From assembly GCA_011364925.1 (NCBI GenBank), contig RDOA01000003.1, positions 64,001 to 128,000 on the forward strand: 64,000 bases of DNA, in the 5' to 3' direction. The stretch is from Promethearchaeota archaeon. Lineage in GTDB: Archaea > Asgardarchaeota > Lokiarchaeia > Sigyniarchaeales > SOKP01. Under the pieces are notes generated by a model. That model saw only the letters and a program-made list of their open reading frames with translations, did not search any database and was not told where the DNA came from. This document shows positions 18,833 through 28,335 of this stretch, piece by piece. The position numbers and the translations under genes were made by a program. Every line of letters begins with the position of its first letter. Positions within the stretch are counted from its first letter, which is position 1.

Positions 18833-19093
18833 CTTATCTTTTACTGGATTTATAATGCATTTTATCATTTATTTTCAGATTTTATTAATCTTAGAATTCA
18901 TTTACTAATTCAAGTGATATATATGATTTTTAACGAAGTGAATAAATTGAACTTTATAGGGAAGATACATTAAGGTTATCTCTCTTTTCAAATCAAAAAT
19001 CAATTACATTTAAAATTATAACAAACATAATATTTTAATTAAATATTATACAATAATGTATCTTTTTCAATCCAATAATTTAGGGACAGGGTC

Positions 19094-21169
19094 TTGTCTC
19101 ATTCAAAACCTCAAGAATTGGTTCAGGTAAAACGACTCATTGATCTCGTAAGATTTGATGAAGCTAACCAATTAATTAAAGAGTTTGAGGAAAAACAAGG
19201 TCATGCTCTGTATGATGAAGTACTATGTAATCTTTTCATGTGTGACATATTATATTACCAAGGATTATATGATGAGGTTATCAAGCTTGCGGAACAAACC
19301 TATAAAGAGAGTTTAAAATTAGGAAAAAACCTACTGTCAGTTGATGCCTTACTAAGAATGGCAGGTGCGTTATCTGGGCATCGTCAATGGGAAAAATTCT
19401 GCGATAGGATTAAGCAAGGAGAAGAGCTGTTAAAGTCATTGACACATGAATTACCAGAAGAATACAAACGAAGAAAGGCTTATTTAGCTCAACTGAAAGG
19501 AGATTATTACGAAGTAAAAAATAAGTTAGATAAGTCAATACAGCAGTTTGAAATCAGTATATCATTGTACGAAGAACTTGGCAATAAAATAGAGATTGTT
19601 TGGCCTATTTTAGGAATTGCCACCGTGTTTTATTGGCATAAAGGCGATTTTGACGGTGCTTTAAAATATTTGGAGCGAGGGCTAGCAATCGCTAAGGAAA
19701 GCGGAAATATAAGGTGTATCGGGGCTTGTCTTAACCAGATGGCATATGTTCATTTTCTTAAAGGTGAGTTTGATCGCAGTATTATGCTTTTTGAGAAGAG
19801 CTTGACAATCTTCGAAGAAACTAACCTTGACCTCTGGAGAGCAAGAATTTTTTGTCTTCTAGGGGAATGTTATGCAATGAAAGGGGAAATTAATCGTAGC
19901 ATTAGATTTTTCGAACAAAGTTTAGAACTTTGGAAAAAAATAAAACATAAACCCATGATGGCTGATATCTTGAATAATGTATCTGAGTGTTATAGAATGA
20001 AAGGAGAATTTGAACATGCGTTAGAGTGTATAGAACAATCAATGGAGTTAAATCATGAGTTGGGAAACTTGGAAAGATTAGCTAATAATCACCTCTATTT
20101 TATTAAGATTTTAATTGATAGGGGTGAACTTACACGAGCATGGAGCTCTCTTCGTGATTTGGAGCAATTGAACAATCAATTAAAAGACAAAAAAATAAAT
20201 TATTATTATCTATTTGTTAAAGCTTTACTATTGAAAACAAGTATGCGAGCCCGTAATAGAGTAAAAGCTGAAGAAATTTTCAATCAACTCCTCGAAGAGG
20301 AGTTATATATGGATTTAGATTATGAATTGAATATGGGATCTCTTTTAAATTTATGCGAATTACTCCTTATTGAATTGCGCCTGATTAACGATGAAGAAAT
20401 ACTAGACGAAATTAATCCTCTACTTGTTCAACTATTGAACAGCGCTGAAAAGTCAAATTCATACTGGATACTTGGTGAAACCTATCTGCTGAGAGCAAAA
20501 CTCTCACTTTTAACCTTTGATGTTAAGAAGGCACAACTATTTTTAACCCAAGCTCAGAAGATCGCAGAATCGCACGGGATTAAACGACTAGCAATGCAAA
20601 TTTCATATGAACACGATGAATTGCTTAAAAAAGCAAAAGTTTGGGAGAATTTAAAAGAGACAGAAGCACCATTATCAAAACGTTGGGAATTAGCTGGGTT
20701 AAACGAACAAATAGAGAAAATGGTTTGGAAACGAATAGTAGAATCTCCTGAAATCTCTGAAGAAGACCCCGTTATGATATTAATCTTAACTGAGGGTGGT
20801 AATCTTTTGTTCTCACAAAAATTTGTATCGGATTTTTCTTTTGAAGAAGATCTTCTGGGGAGCTTTTTAACTACGACACATTACTTTATTAATGCCGCCT
20901 TTTCTGAGGGCCTTGATAGAGCTGTTTTTGGTCAATATACTCTTCTTATGACGCCCCTTCAACCGTTTTTAATATGTTACATCTTTAAAGGGCACTCCTA
21001 TTCTGCTCAATTTAAAATTACAAGTTTTATAGATTCTATACAAAAGGATAGAGATGTTTGGCAAACCTTACAAAAATTCTTCCAATTGAGCAGATCTGTT
21101 CACATAAACGATGTACCGATGCTAGATTCATTGATATCAAATATCTTTACTAAGAAAGTTTCTCAGTAG
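19094..21169 (+). CDS. TPR protein with C-terminal longin-like domain, paralog 4
   Basis: More TPR units; LKTSMRARNRVKAEEIF; EEDPVMILILTEGGNLLFSQ...LLGSFLTTTHYF...LDRAVFGQYTLLM. Confidence 0.75.
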   Translation: MSHSKPQELVQVKRLIDLVRFDEANQLIKEFEEKQGHALYDEVLCNLFMCDILYYQGLYDEVIKLAEQTYKESLKLGKNLLSVDALLRMAGALSGHRQWEKFCDRIKQGEELLKSLTHELPEEYKRRKAYLAQLKGDYYEVKNKLDKSIQQFEISISLYEELGNKIEIVWPILGIATVFYWHKGDFDGALKYLERGLAIAKESGNIRCIGACLNQMAYVHFLKGEFDRSIMLFEKSLTIFEETNLDLWRARIFCLLGECYAMKGEINRSIRFFEQSLELWKKIKHKPMMADILNNVSECYRMKGEFEHALECIEQSMELNHELGNLERLANNHLYFIKILIDRGELTRAWSSLRDLEQLNNQLKDKKINYYYLFVKALLLKTSMRARNRVKAEEIFNQLLEEELYMDLDYELNMGSLLNLCELLLIELRLINDEEILDEINPLLVQLLNSAEKSNSYWILGETYLLRAKLSLLTFDVKKAQLFLTQAQKIAESHGIKRLAMQISYEHDELLKKAKVWENLKETEAPLSKRWELAGLNEQIEKMVWKRIVESPEISEEDPVMILILTEGGNLLFSQKFVSDFSFEEDLLGSFLTTTHYFINAAFSEGLDRAVFGQYTLLMTPLQPFLICYIFKGHSYSAQFKITSFIDSIQKDRDVWQTLQKFFQLSRSVHINDVPMLDSLISNIFTKKVSQ

Positions 21170-21269
21170 CATTATCTTTTTCTGTTAGTTTAATTTGCCA
21201 AAATTTTATATTAAACTAAAACCAATCTAACATTAAATACTTATAATTTGATTTAGATATAGAAATCTA

Positions 21270-21824
21270 ATGAAACCCTTTGAGGAATTTCGATTTAAAA
21301 TTGTAATCTTAGGAGATGGTGCAGTAGGTAAAACATCCCTAATTCAGAAATTCACTAAAGGGGTATTTGAAAAAGAATATGTAAAAACAATCGGAGCTCA
21401 GTTTTCAAAATACAACAAAAAGATTGATGGAGATATAATTAGATTAATATTTTGGGATATAGCAGGTCAGATAGATTTCAATTTTCTAAATCACTTATTT
21501 TATAAAGAAGCTAAAGCAGCAATTATAGTATTTAGTCTCGAAACTAATGATTTGGGTCAAAAAAGTTTCATCCATATAACAAACTGGTATAAGGAATTAG
21601 AAAAGTATTGCGGTACTATTCCTGTTGTTACATTTGCGAATAAAGTTGATTTGGTGGATAAAAATAGATTAAATGAGTCTAAAATCCAAAAATTAGCCAA
21701 GGAAAATAACTTCCTTGGATATTATATCACCTCTGCAAAAACAGGAGAGGGCGTAATAGAAGCTTTTAATGCTATTATTGATAAATTATATTTTAAATAT
21801 AAAAAATTATCATCAATTGATTGA
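21270..21824 (+). CDS. Rab-like small GTPase, paralog 2
   Basis: GDGAVGKT, YVKTIG, WDIAGQ, NKVD, TSAK; same length as 14458..15012. Confidence 0.95.
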   Translation: MKPFEEFRFKIVILGDGAVGKTSLIQKFTKGVFEKEYVKTIGAQFSKYNKKIDGDIIRLIFWDIAGQIDFNFLNHLFYKEAKAAIIVFSLETNDLGQKSFIHITNWYKELEKYCGTIPVVTFANKVDLVDKNRLNESKIQKLAKENNFLGYYITSAKTGEGVIEAFNAIIDKLYFKYKKLSSID

Positions 21825-21987
21825 TTTACAATTAATTCTCAAAGAATCTTAACTATGGGAATCTAAAAATAAAGCGAAGTAGAAATTAATTACATTTAAT
21901 TTTATAAATTGTATATAATTTTAATAAATAAGTTTAATCTGACTTACAAAGATCAAGTCAAATTTAACTCTTTTATGGTTGAATTAA

Positions 21988-23445
21988 ATGAGTGATTTAA
22001 TATGCGTATTTGATATTGGCACCACAGGTGCTAGAACAATTGTTTTTGATGTTTATGGTAAAGAAATTGCAAGAAGTTACGAAGAATATCCAACTATTAA
22101 ACAGCCCGTAGGTGTTTCAGAGCAAGATCCTGAAGTATGGTGGAACAGTGTAAAAAATACTTGTAACCGAGTGATGAATAAAGTAAATGTCAACGATATT
22201 AGAGCAATAAGCGCCGGTATATTGCGTGTAAATTGTACCATATTAGACAGAGATAGAAAACCATTATATCCAATGATAATTGCAATGGATGAGAGGGGAG
22301 TAGATTTTGATAAAGAAGATGGATTAAGGTTATCATTACCCAAAATCTTATGGATAAAGCAAGAAAGACCTGATTTATATGAAAAAATCTACAAAATTAC
22401 TTTTCCAGATACTTATATTTATATGAAACTATGTGAAAACGATCTCCTAATCACAGAACCAACAAATGGAATTTATGGTATAATGGATATCAAAACTCAA
22501 AAATGGGACCAAGAATTAGCCAGTAAGTACGATTTACCAATAGATTTATGGCCTGAAATCCGTACTCCTGGAGAAATACTAGGAGATATTTCCGCTAAAA
22601 CTGCGAAAGAGCTTGGATTGAAAACCAATATTCCCGTTATCTTAGGTGGAGGAGATCAACAATGTTCTGCTCTCGGAATGGGTGTAATAAATAAAGGTCA
22701 AGCTAAAATAACTATGGGAACGTATACTTTTGCTAATTTGGTTACTGGAGATGAGCCAGCTGTCCCTCCAGGAGGAGACATTCCAATCTTCTCATTTCCC
22801 CATGTTATTAAAGGGAAATATATGCTAGAAGGAGCAATGCCAGGAACTGGAATAGCCTTAAAATGGTTTAAGGATAACTTTTCACGTCTTCTTATTAGGA
22901 AATCTGAGGAGAGTAATCTAAATATTTACGATCTTCTGAGCCAGGAAGCCAAGGAAGTAAAACCAGGAAGCGAGGGTTTATTATTTATCCCATTACAGAT
23001 GTTCAGGAAAGGAACAATCTATGGTATGGGGTGGAATCATACTCGAGCTCACATGGTTCGATCAATAATGGAAGCATCTGCTTTAAGCGCTCAAATGTAT
23101 TTAGGGCTAATCGAAGCAGTAAATCGCTCTAAAAGCACAGAAGTGGTAGCTGATGGTGGAGGAATGAACAGCGATGTTTGGGCTCAAATACTTGCTGATG
23201 TGACAAATAGAAAGATAATTATTCCTGAAAATAAAGACTGTTCTGCATTAGGTGCTGCTATTTTAGGATTTTGGGGCAATGGGATTTATAGTAATATTGA
23301 AGATGCCATACAAAATATGGTCAGATTCGAGAAAGAATTTAATCCTATTCAAGAAAATGTCAAGGTCTATAAGAAATTAAATAGATTATTCATGCCTACA
23401 GTTTTAGATCTCTACAACAAAAATCGTATCACTAAAAATCTCTAA
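21988..23445 (+). CDS. FGGY-family carbohydrate kinase (xylulokinase-like)
   Basis: DIGTTGAR, EQDPEVWW, GGGDQQCSALG, GGGMNSDVWAQILADV, SALGAAIL. Confidence 0.9.
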   Translation: MSDLICVFDIGTTGARTIVFDVYGKEIARSYEEYPTIKQPVGVSEQDPEVWWNSVKNTCNRVMNKVNVNDIRAISAGILRVNCTILDRDRKPLYPMIIAMDERGVDFDKEDGLRLSLPKILWIKQERPDLYEKIYKITFPDTYIYMKLCENDLLITEPTNGIYGIMDIKTQKWDQELASKYDLPIDLWPEIRTPGEILGDISAKTAKELGLKTNIPVILGGGDQQCSALGMGVINKGQAKITMGTYTFANLVTGDEPAVPPGGDIPIFSFPHVIKGKYMLEGAMPGTGIALKWFKDNFSRLLIRKSEESNLNIYDLLSQEAKEVKPGSEGLLFIPLQMFRKGTIYGMGWNHTRAHMVRSIMEASALSAQMYLGLIEAVNRSKSTEVVADGGGMNSDVWAQILADVTNRKIIIPENKDCSALGAAILGFWGNGIYSNIEDAIQNMVRFEKEFNPIQENVKVYKKLNRLFMPTVLDLYNKNRITKNL

Positions 23446-23592
23446 ATACCCTAGAGAAAAAAAAGCAATTTAGCTTTAATTTTTTTTAATCCTTTTACTA
23501 TTCTATCATACCATAAGTATAAAGGCAATAGCATCTTCAATTTTTAATGGTCATCTGTATTAATGACAAAAAAGTAAAAATGGTAGTAGATA

Positions 23593-24114
23593 ATGGAACA
23601 AAAAATGGAACAAGATATTTTTTTAAAATTTGATGAAGCTATTCAGAAACTGGAAAAGAATTTACCAAATGAAATGCCTAGTGGGTGTGCAGAAGCAACT
23701 ATGAAAAACATTTTGAACATATTAGGAATGGAAGAAACATTGATAGATAATATTATGATCCCCTTATCTGGGGGATTTGGTGGCTACAAGTCAGAAGAGG
23801 GGAGGTTTGGACCATGTGGGGCTGTAGTTGGAGGCTGTGGAGCTGTTGGGTTAATCTTAGCTGGAAAAGAAAAAATGGATCAAAGTAAAGTGCTTCCTGC
23901 TTATTTAAAATCAGCACAATTTGCTAAAGAATTCGAGAAGGAATTCGGTTCAATAGTTTGTCCAAATCTATCTGGATATGATTTCAGTGATCCTAATAAT
24001 ATTATGAAATACATGGAAGAGGGAGTCTGGGGGAAAAAATGCTATAAATATGTGTTGTGGGCAATTGATAACATAAGAAAACTCATGAGAAAAGAACTGA
24101 AAAAGAATTGGTAA
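23593..24114 (+). CDS. C_GCAxxG_C_C family redox protein
   Basis: GCAEA, GPCGAVVGG, FGSIVC, C-terminal KC. Confidence 0.85.
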   Translation: MEQKMEQDIFLKFDEAIQKLEKNLPNEMPSGCAEATMKNILNILGMEETLIDNIMIPLSGGFGGYKSEEGRFGPCGAVVGGCGAVGLILAGKEKMDQSKVLPAYLKSAQFAKEFEKEFGSIVCPNLSGYDFSDPNNIMKYMEEGVWGKKCYKYVLWAIDNIRKLMRKELKKNW

Positions 24115-24350
24115 ATTGCTATTTTCATTTTAAATCATCTATTTTTTTTAATTTTATCTATGAATAATCACTTTAATGGTTAAAAGAAATCAACAAACGA
24201 GATCGTTTAAACGAAACTTTGATCAACTAATTTTTTTGAATACATGAAAATAAATACATAAATTCTTATATTTAACTAATAATTCAATCTAATCAAAACA
24301 AATGTTTTTAATAATTCTTTGATGATAAAAACTTTAGATCTGAAAATTCT

Positions 24351-24629
24351 ATGGGAAATGAATCTAAACCAGAATTAGTTAAAAGAATTAAATCCGAATA
24401 TCATAAAAATCTGAAAGATTTAGAAGCAAACTTAGCGGAACAGCATAAAGAGTTAAGTCAAATTGAACAAAAATTGCAGCACGAATCAAAAAAGAGGTAT
24501 ACTTCAACTACTTCCATGCTTTCTAAACTTAAAGCTGAAAAACTCGATGTAAATTCTAAGATTAGGAGCTTAAAAAAAGAGATCAAACGCCTAAGAGCGG
24601 ATTATCTCAAAAAGATAAAAAAAATATAA
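24351..24629 (+). CDS. Small coiled-coil hypothetical protein
   Basis: Heptad-like L/K/E-rich 92 aa. Confidence 0.55.
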   Translation: MGNESKPELVKRIKSEYHKNLKDLEANLAEQHKELSQIEQKLQHESKKRYTSTTSMLSKLKAEKLDVNSKIRSLKKEIKRLRADYLKKIKKI

Positions 24630-24707
24630 TAAATTGATATTCCCTCTTTTCTTATAATTAGGAAAAAACATAAATATTGATCACATAATTAGGTCTATTG
24701 AATAACC

Positions 24708-24860
24708 GTGAAAAAGAACAATAACTCAATCCATATCACAAAAGCAGACGTAGAAAGAGCATTTAAAAAAGCAGAACAATTCAAACGCTTGCTTAAGCAA
24801 GGAAGAACTAAGGAGCATATATTTAAAGAAATGCTGAGGTTGATTGAAGGTGGAGAGTAA
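24708..24860 (+). CDS. Small 50-aa protein overlapping the nucleotidyltransferase start (putative antitoxin/partner); absent from the ORF track
   Basis: GTG start; MKKNNNSIHITKADVERAFKKAEQFKRLLKQGRTKEHIFKEMLRLIEGGE*. Confidence 0.55.
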   Translation: MKKNNNSIHITKADVERAFKKAEQFKRLLKQGRTKEHIFKEMLRLIEGGE

Positions 24861-25443
24861 TTTAACTCAAACTATTTTTGGCATCACAACCCACCTCAAA
24901 ATTCCAGCGATTATTCTTGGCGGTTTAGCTCTTCCAGCATATAATGTGTTCAGAACAACTTTGGATGTTGATATATGCGTTTTTATAAAAACTCAAGAGA
25001 GATTAGATGAATTAATTAACGCTTTAAAGAAAAAAAATATAATAACTCTACAACAACCTAAAATCCATCACGATTTGTTTACTGTTTTCAAAGATAATTC
25101 TGAGGCTGAAATATGGTTAAAACCATGTGATGCGTTTTCATGGGATCAACAGATGGTTGAAAAAATTCAGCATTATACTGATGATGTCTTTGTCTTAGCT
25201 ATAGAAGATTATATCTTAACAAAGTTAGCAAGAAGCGATCGCAGCTCGATTGATATTGACGACATCCTCCAGATCTTAATCAATAATCATAATGAGATTG
25301 ACTGGAAATATCTACACTTTAGAATAGAATGGGTAAATTTCGTGCAAGACTTTAAAGAAATTTTACGAGCTTTTGAAATTGGTATAGATAAAAAGTTCCA
25401 AAAAATTGCTAAAGAAATCATTGAAAAATTTAATGAAAAGTAA
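24844..25443 (+). CDS. Pol-beta-superfamily nucleotidyltransferase (AbiEii/DUF6036-like)
   Basis: ILGGLAL...RTTLDVD; LAIEDYILTKL...DIDDI. Confidence 0.75.
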   Translation: MKVESNLTQTIFGITTHLKIPAIILGGLALPAYNVFRTTLDVDICVFIKTQERLDELINALKKKNIITLQQPKIHHDLFTVFKDNSEAEIWLKPCDAFSWDQQMVEKIQHYTDDVFVLAIEDYILTKLARSDRSSIDIDDILQILINNHNEIDWKYLHFRIEWVNFVQDFKEILRAFEIGIDKKFQKIAKEIIEKFNEK

Positions 25444-25517
25444 AAATGGGCTATCCCCTGTAAGAGGAAACTGATTAAACCAGCTAAGTCATTAAATAGT
25501 TTTTTCGTCGTTTTAAT

Positions 25518-26624
25518 TTAAAACAAGAAGTTTATGGGGAGTCTTTTAGGATGGTCATTTTTTACTTTAACCATTTTAATTGCGTTATTAGGACAATTCG
25601 CAGCGCAAACACCACATCCTACGCAGAATTCTTCTCTGACTTTCATTCTTTCGTCTGATAGATCGGGTTTACTTGGCCAAAGATGATAAATCGCTTCATT
25701 TTGGCATTTGTTCATACAAATTTCGCATTTTGTGCAGAGGTCCATGTCAAATCTAGGAACAAAATTTGTCTCAACTACACCCTTATAGTCGTATTTCTTT
25801 GCTGGAAGTAATACTCCACAATGACAACTGCAACAGTTACAAATAAACCGTGAGCTTTCTTTACTCGTATCCGCAATTGTATTATGAATAAGACCAGCTT
25901 TCTCAGTTTTTCTAAGAAAGTCAATAGCCTCCTCTTTAGTTAACCTTCTTGCCTTCCCTCGATTAATCCATTTTTCTGCGCCTTCTCCAACAACAAAACA
26001 TCCCAATTCGGAACTCGCGACTTTACAAGGTTCTCCCGTTAATTCTCCAATTAACCGGCATTGGCACGGAATGACTGCAAAAGTATCGTTTTTATCAATC
26101 ATATCTTTTACTACCTCAAAAGGGAGAACCTGATTCTCGACCTCAAAGGATTCCTCCACTTTAATTAGCTTTTCTTCAGAATCGTATGGAAGTAATGGAC
26201 GGAATCCTTTTCGAATGCTATTAACATTCTCCAAATCGGGTGCCTTATTTTTAAAAATGTATCGGTATAATTCAGCTACTTTTAGTTGATTTTCTTCGGT
26301 ATCTTGACGTTTTATAAAATATGATTCAAATATACCAGGGACAAGAGGCATTAACCTATAGTCTGAATCGGTCTTTATTATCGTTCCAATATTTACTGAT
26401 CTCTCTAATATTTCTTCTATTTCTTGTTCTGGAATACCAGTCTTTTTGCTTAAATTTTTTAGTGAATTTTTTTTGCCAACACTGTCAAAATGGGAAAGTA
26501 ATTTTATCTCTTCTTCATTCCAGAGGATCTTCATCAATTTGAAAATTTCCTTGCGGTTAGGTGCTGTAATTCTTCCAATTTGCAGTTTTTGCCTTACGTT
26601 TTCGTAATTATCAACTTCAGTCAT
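25518..26624 (-). CDS. 4Fe-4S dicluster (ferredoxin)-domain protein with Cys-rich middle domain
   Basis: PCQCR, ICNCCSCHC, CTKCEICMNKC, CVGCGVCAANCP. Confidence 0.85.
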   Translation of the reverse strand: MTEVDNYENVRQKLQIGRITAPNRKEIFKLMKILWNEEEIKLLSHFDSVGKKNSLKNLSKKTGIPEQEIEEILERSVNIGTIIKTDSDYRLMPLVPGIFESYFIKRQDTEENQLKVAELYRYIFKNKAPDLENVNSIRKGFRPLLPYDSEEKLIKVEESFEVENQVLPFEVVKDMIDKNDTFAVIPCQCRLIGELTGEPCKVASSELGCFVVGEGAEKWINRGKARRLTKEEAIDFLRKTEKAGLIHNTIADTSKESSRFICNCCSCHCGVLLPAKKYDYKGVVETNFVPRFDMDLCTKCEICMNKCQNEAIYHLWPSKPDLSDERMKVREEFCVGCGVCAANCPNNAIKMVKVKNDHPKRLPINFLF

Positions 26625-26818
26625 ATTATAAAGAACAGTAAGATTGATTTAAAGCTTAACGGTTTTGACATTATTGACAAAAATGTGAATTGTAAGAATT
26701 CTATTGAAACGCATTATTATACGTTTAAATATTTTTTCTTTTCTTGAAAAATCTTGAATCAAAATACCTCCTCATAACCAGTTTTTTCTTTTATAAGTAG
26801 AAACCTGAAGATAAATTT

Positions 26819-28285
26819 ATGAAAGGAATGGAATTAGAAAGAGAATTAAATTCCAAATATGGGTTATGTCTATTTTGTGGGTATTTTGAAAATGATTTTT
26901 GCTATAAATATTTATTACCTAGAAGTCCTATAGAAGGAAAATGTTGGAAATTTAAGAAAAGTATTCTGTTTTTGCGTAAAAAAGTTAAATCTCGTAACTT
27001 TCTTTTAATTTTCTCGCTTTATTTTATGATTTATTTCTGTGTAGGGATTATACCTCCAAATATTGAAGGTATTATAAACTCTTTACCGTCAATATCTGAG
27101 TTTTCAATAAGCACGGCAATATTATTTTATCTAATATGTAATTCGGTAAGTGTTCTGTTTTTTGGTTATTTTAGAGAGAGGATTTTGCATACTCTAAGTA
27201 GTAAAATCTTATTTTTGTTAACAAATTTGCTCTGGATTACAAGTTTTGGACTTATATCCATTTCTTTTAGTTATCCTTTTTTCTTCAGCTTGCTTATGAT
27301 TAGTGCTATCGGGACCGGCGGATATATCCCCTTAGGCTTTTCTAAAATCGGAGAAATGTTTCCAGCCCAAGAACGAGGATCAAGATTCGGGCTAATGCAG
27401 TTTGCTCTTATTTTAGGAAATGGAATTGGTATCATAACAGGTTCAATTTTACATTGGCGTATTGCTTTTAATTTAGGATTTTATATTAGTATGATAGTTA
27501 TCATTATTTATTTTGTACTCGCATTGGATTCATCACATAACACTTTAAATAGAGGAGATCAACTAAATCCTAATAGCTACAATTACAAGTTATCGCGTCA
27601 TGATCTAGTCTCTTTATTCAAAATAAGATCGGTTATAAGCATTCTATTTTATGTACTCACCGGTGGACTTGTCGTCTCTGTTCTTGGTAATTGGGGGATC
27701 TATATCTTGAGTTCTAACTTTAAGAATTCAGATCTAGCTACATTAATTTATCTAATAATTGGTATTGCAGCCCTTCCAGGAGCAATTATCGGAGGAAAAA
27801 TAAATGATCGTTTGTTTCGAAAAAGAAAACACCAATTACGCTTTTTAGTTGCTATGATAGGAGTTTTAGGAGGATCGCTCTCCTTATTAATTTTTTATGT
27901 CTTTCCATTCGCTATCATGGTTTTCACGCTCATGCTTGGATTCATAGGATATTTCTTTACCTCTTTTACTACAGGTACCCAATTTGCCGTGTATTCTGAA
28001 GTATGCCTTCCAGAAACCCGTAGTACTGCTAATGCCTTGAATGGTTTAATGGTGAATATAGGAGGAATATGTGGGAACTTTATTCTTTCCATTATTATCT
28101 TCCATGAAGGCTTGTCTATCCAAAATGCAGTGTTTCTAATACTTTTAGTGTGGTTAGCTGGTTCACTTCTTTGGCTATTCCCTATTTTTTATTATCATAA
28201 GGATATATTAAAACAACGAGATCGTCAGATAAAAAGAAGAATTGAAAAAAGTATATATCCAATAGTTCTGGATAACAGTACTTAA
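26819..28285 (+). CDS. MFS transporter
   Basis: ~12 TM; FPAQERGSRFGL, GGKINDR, PETRSTANAL. Confidence 0.85.
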   Translation: MKGMELERELNSKYGLCLFCGYFENDFCYKYLLPRSPIEGKCWKFKKSILFLRKKVKSRNFLLIFSLYFMIYFCVGIIPPNIEGIINSLPSISEFSISTAILFYLICNSVSVLFFGYFRERILHTLSSKILFLLTNLLWITSFGLISISFSYPFFFSLLMISAIGTGGYIPLGFSKIGEMFPAQERGSRFGLMQFALILGNGIGIITGSILHWRIAFNLGFYISMIVIIIYFVLALDSSHNTLNRGDQLNPNSYNYKLSRHDLVSLFKIRSVISILFYVLTGGLVVSVLGNWGIYILSSNFKNSDLATLIYLIIGIAALPGAIIGGKINDRLFRKRKHQLRFLVAMIGVLGGSLSLLIFYVFPFAIMVFTLMLGFIGYFFTSFTTGTQFAVYSEVCLPETRSTANALNGLMVNIGGICGNFILSIIIFHEGLSIQNAVFLILLVWLAGSLLWLFPIFYYHKDILKQRDRQIKRRIEKSIYPIVLDNST

Positions 28286-28335
28286 TCAGACTTTTTAAAA
28301 AAAAGAATTTGTAAATTTATATTTGAAAAAGGAAC

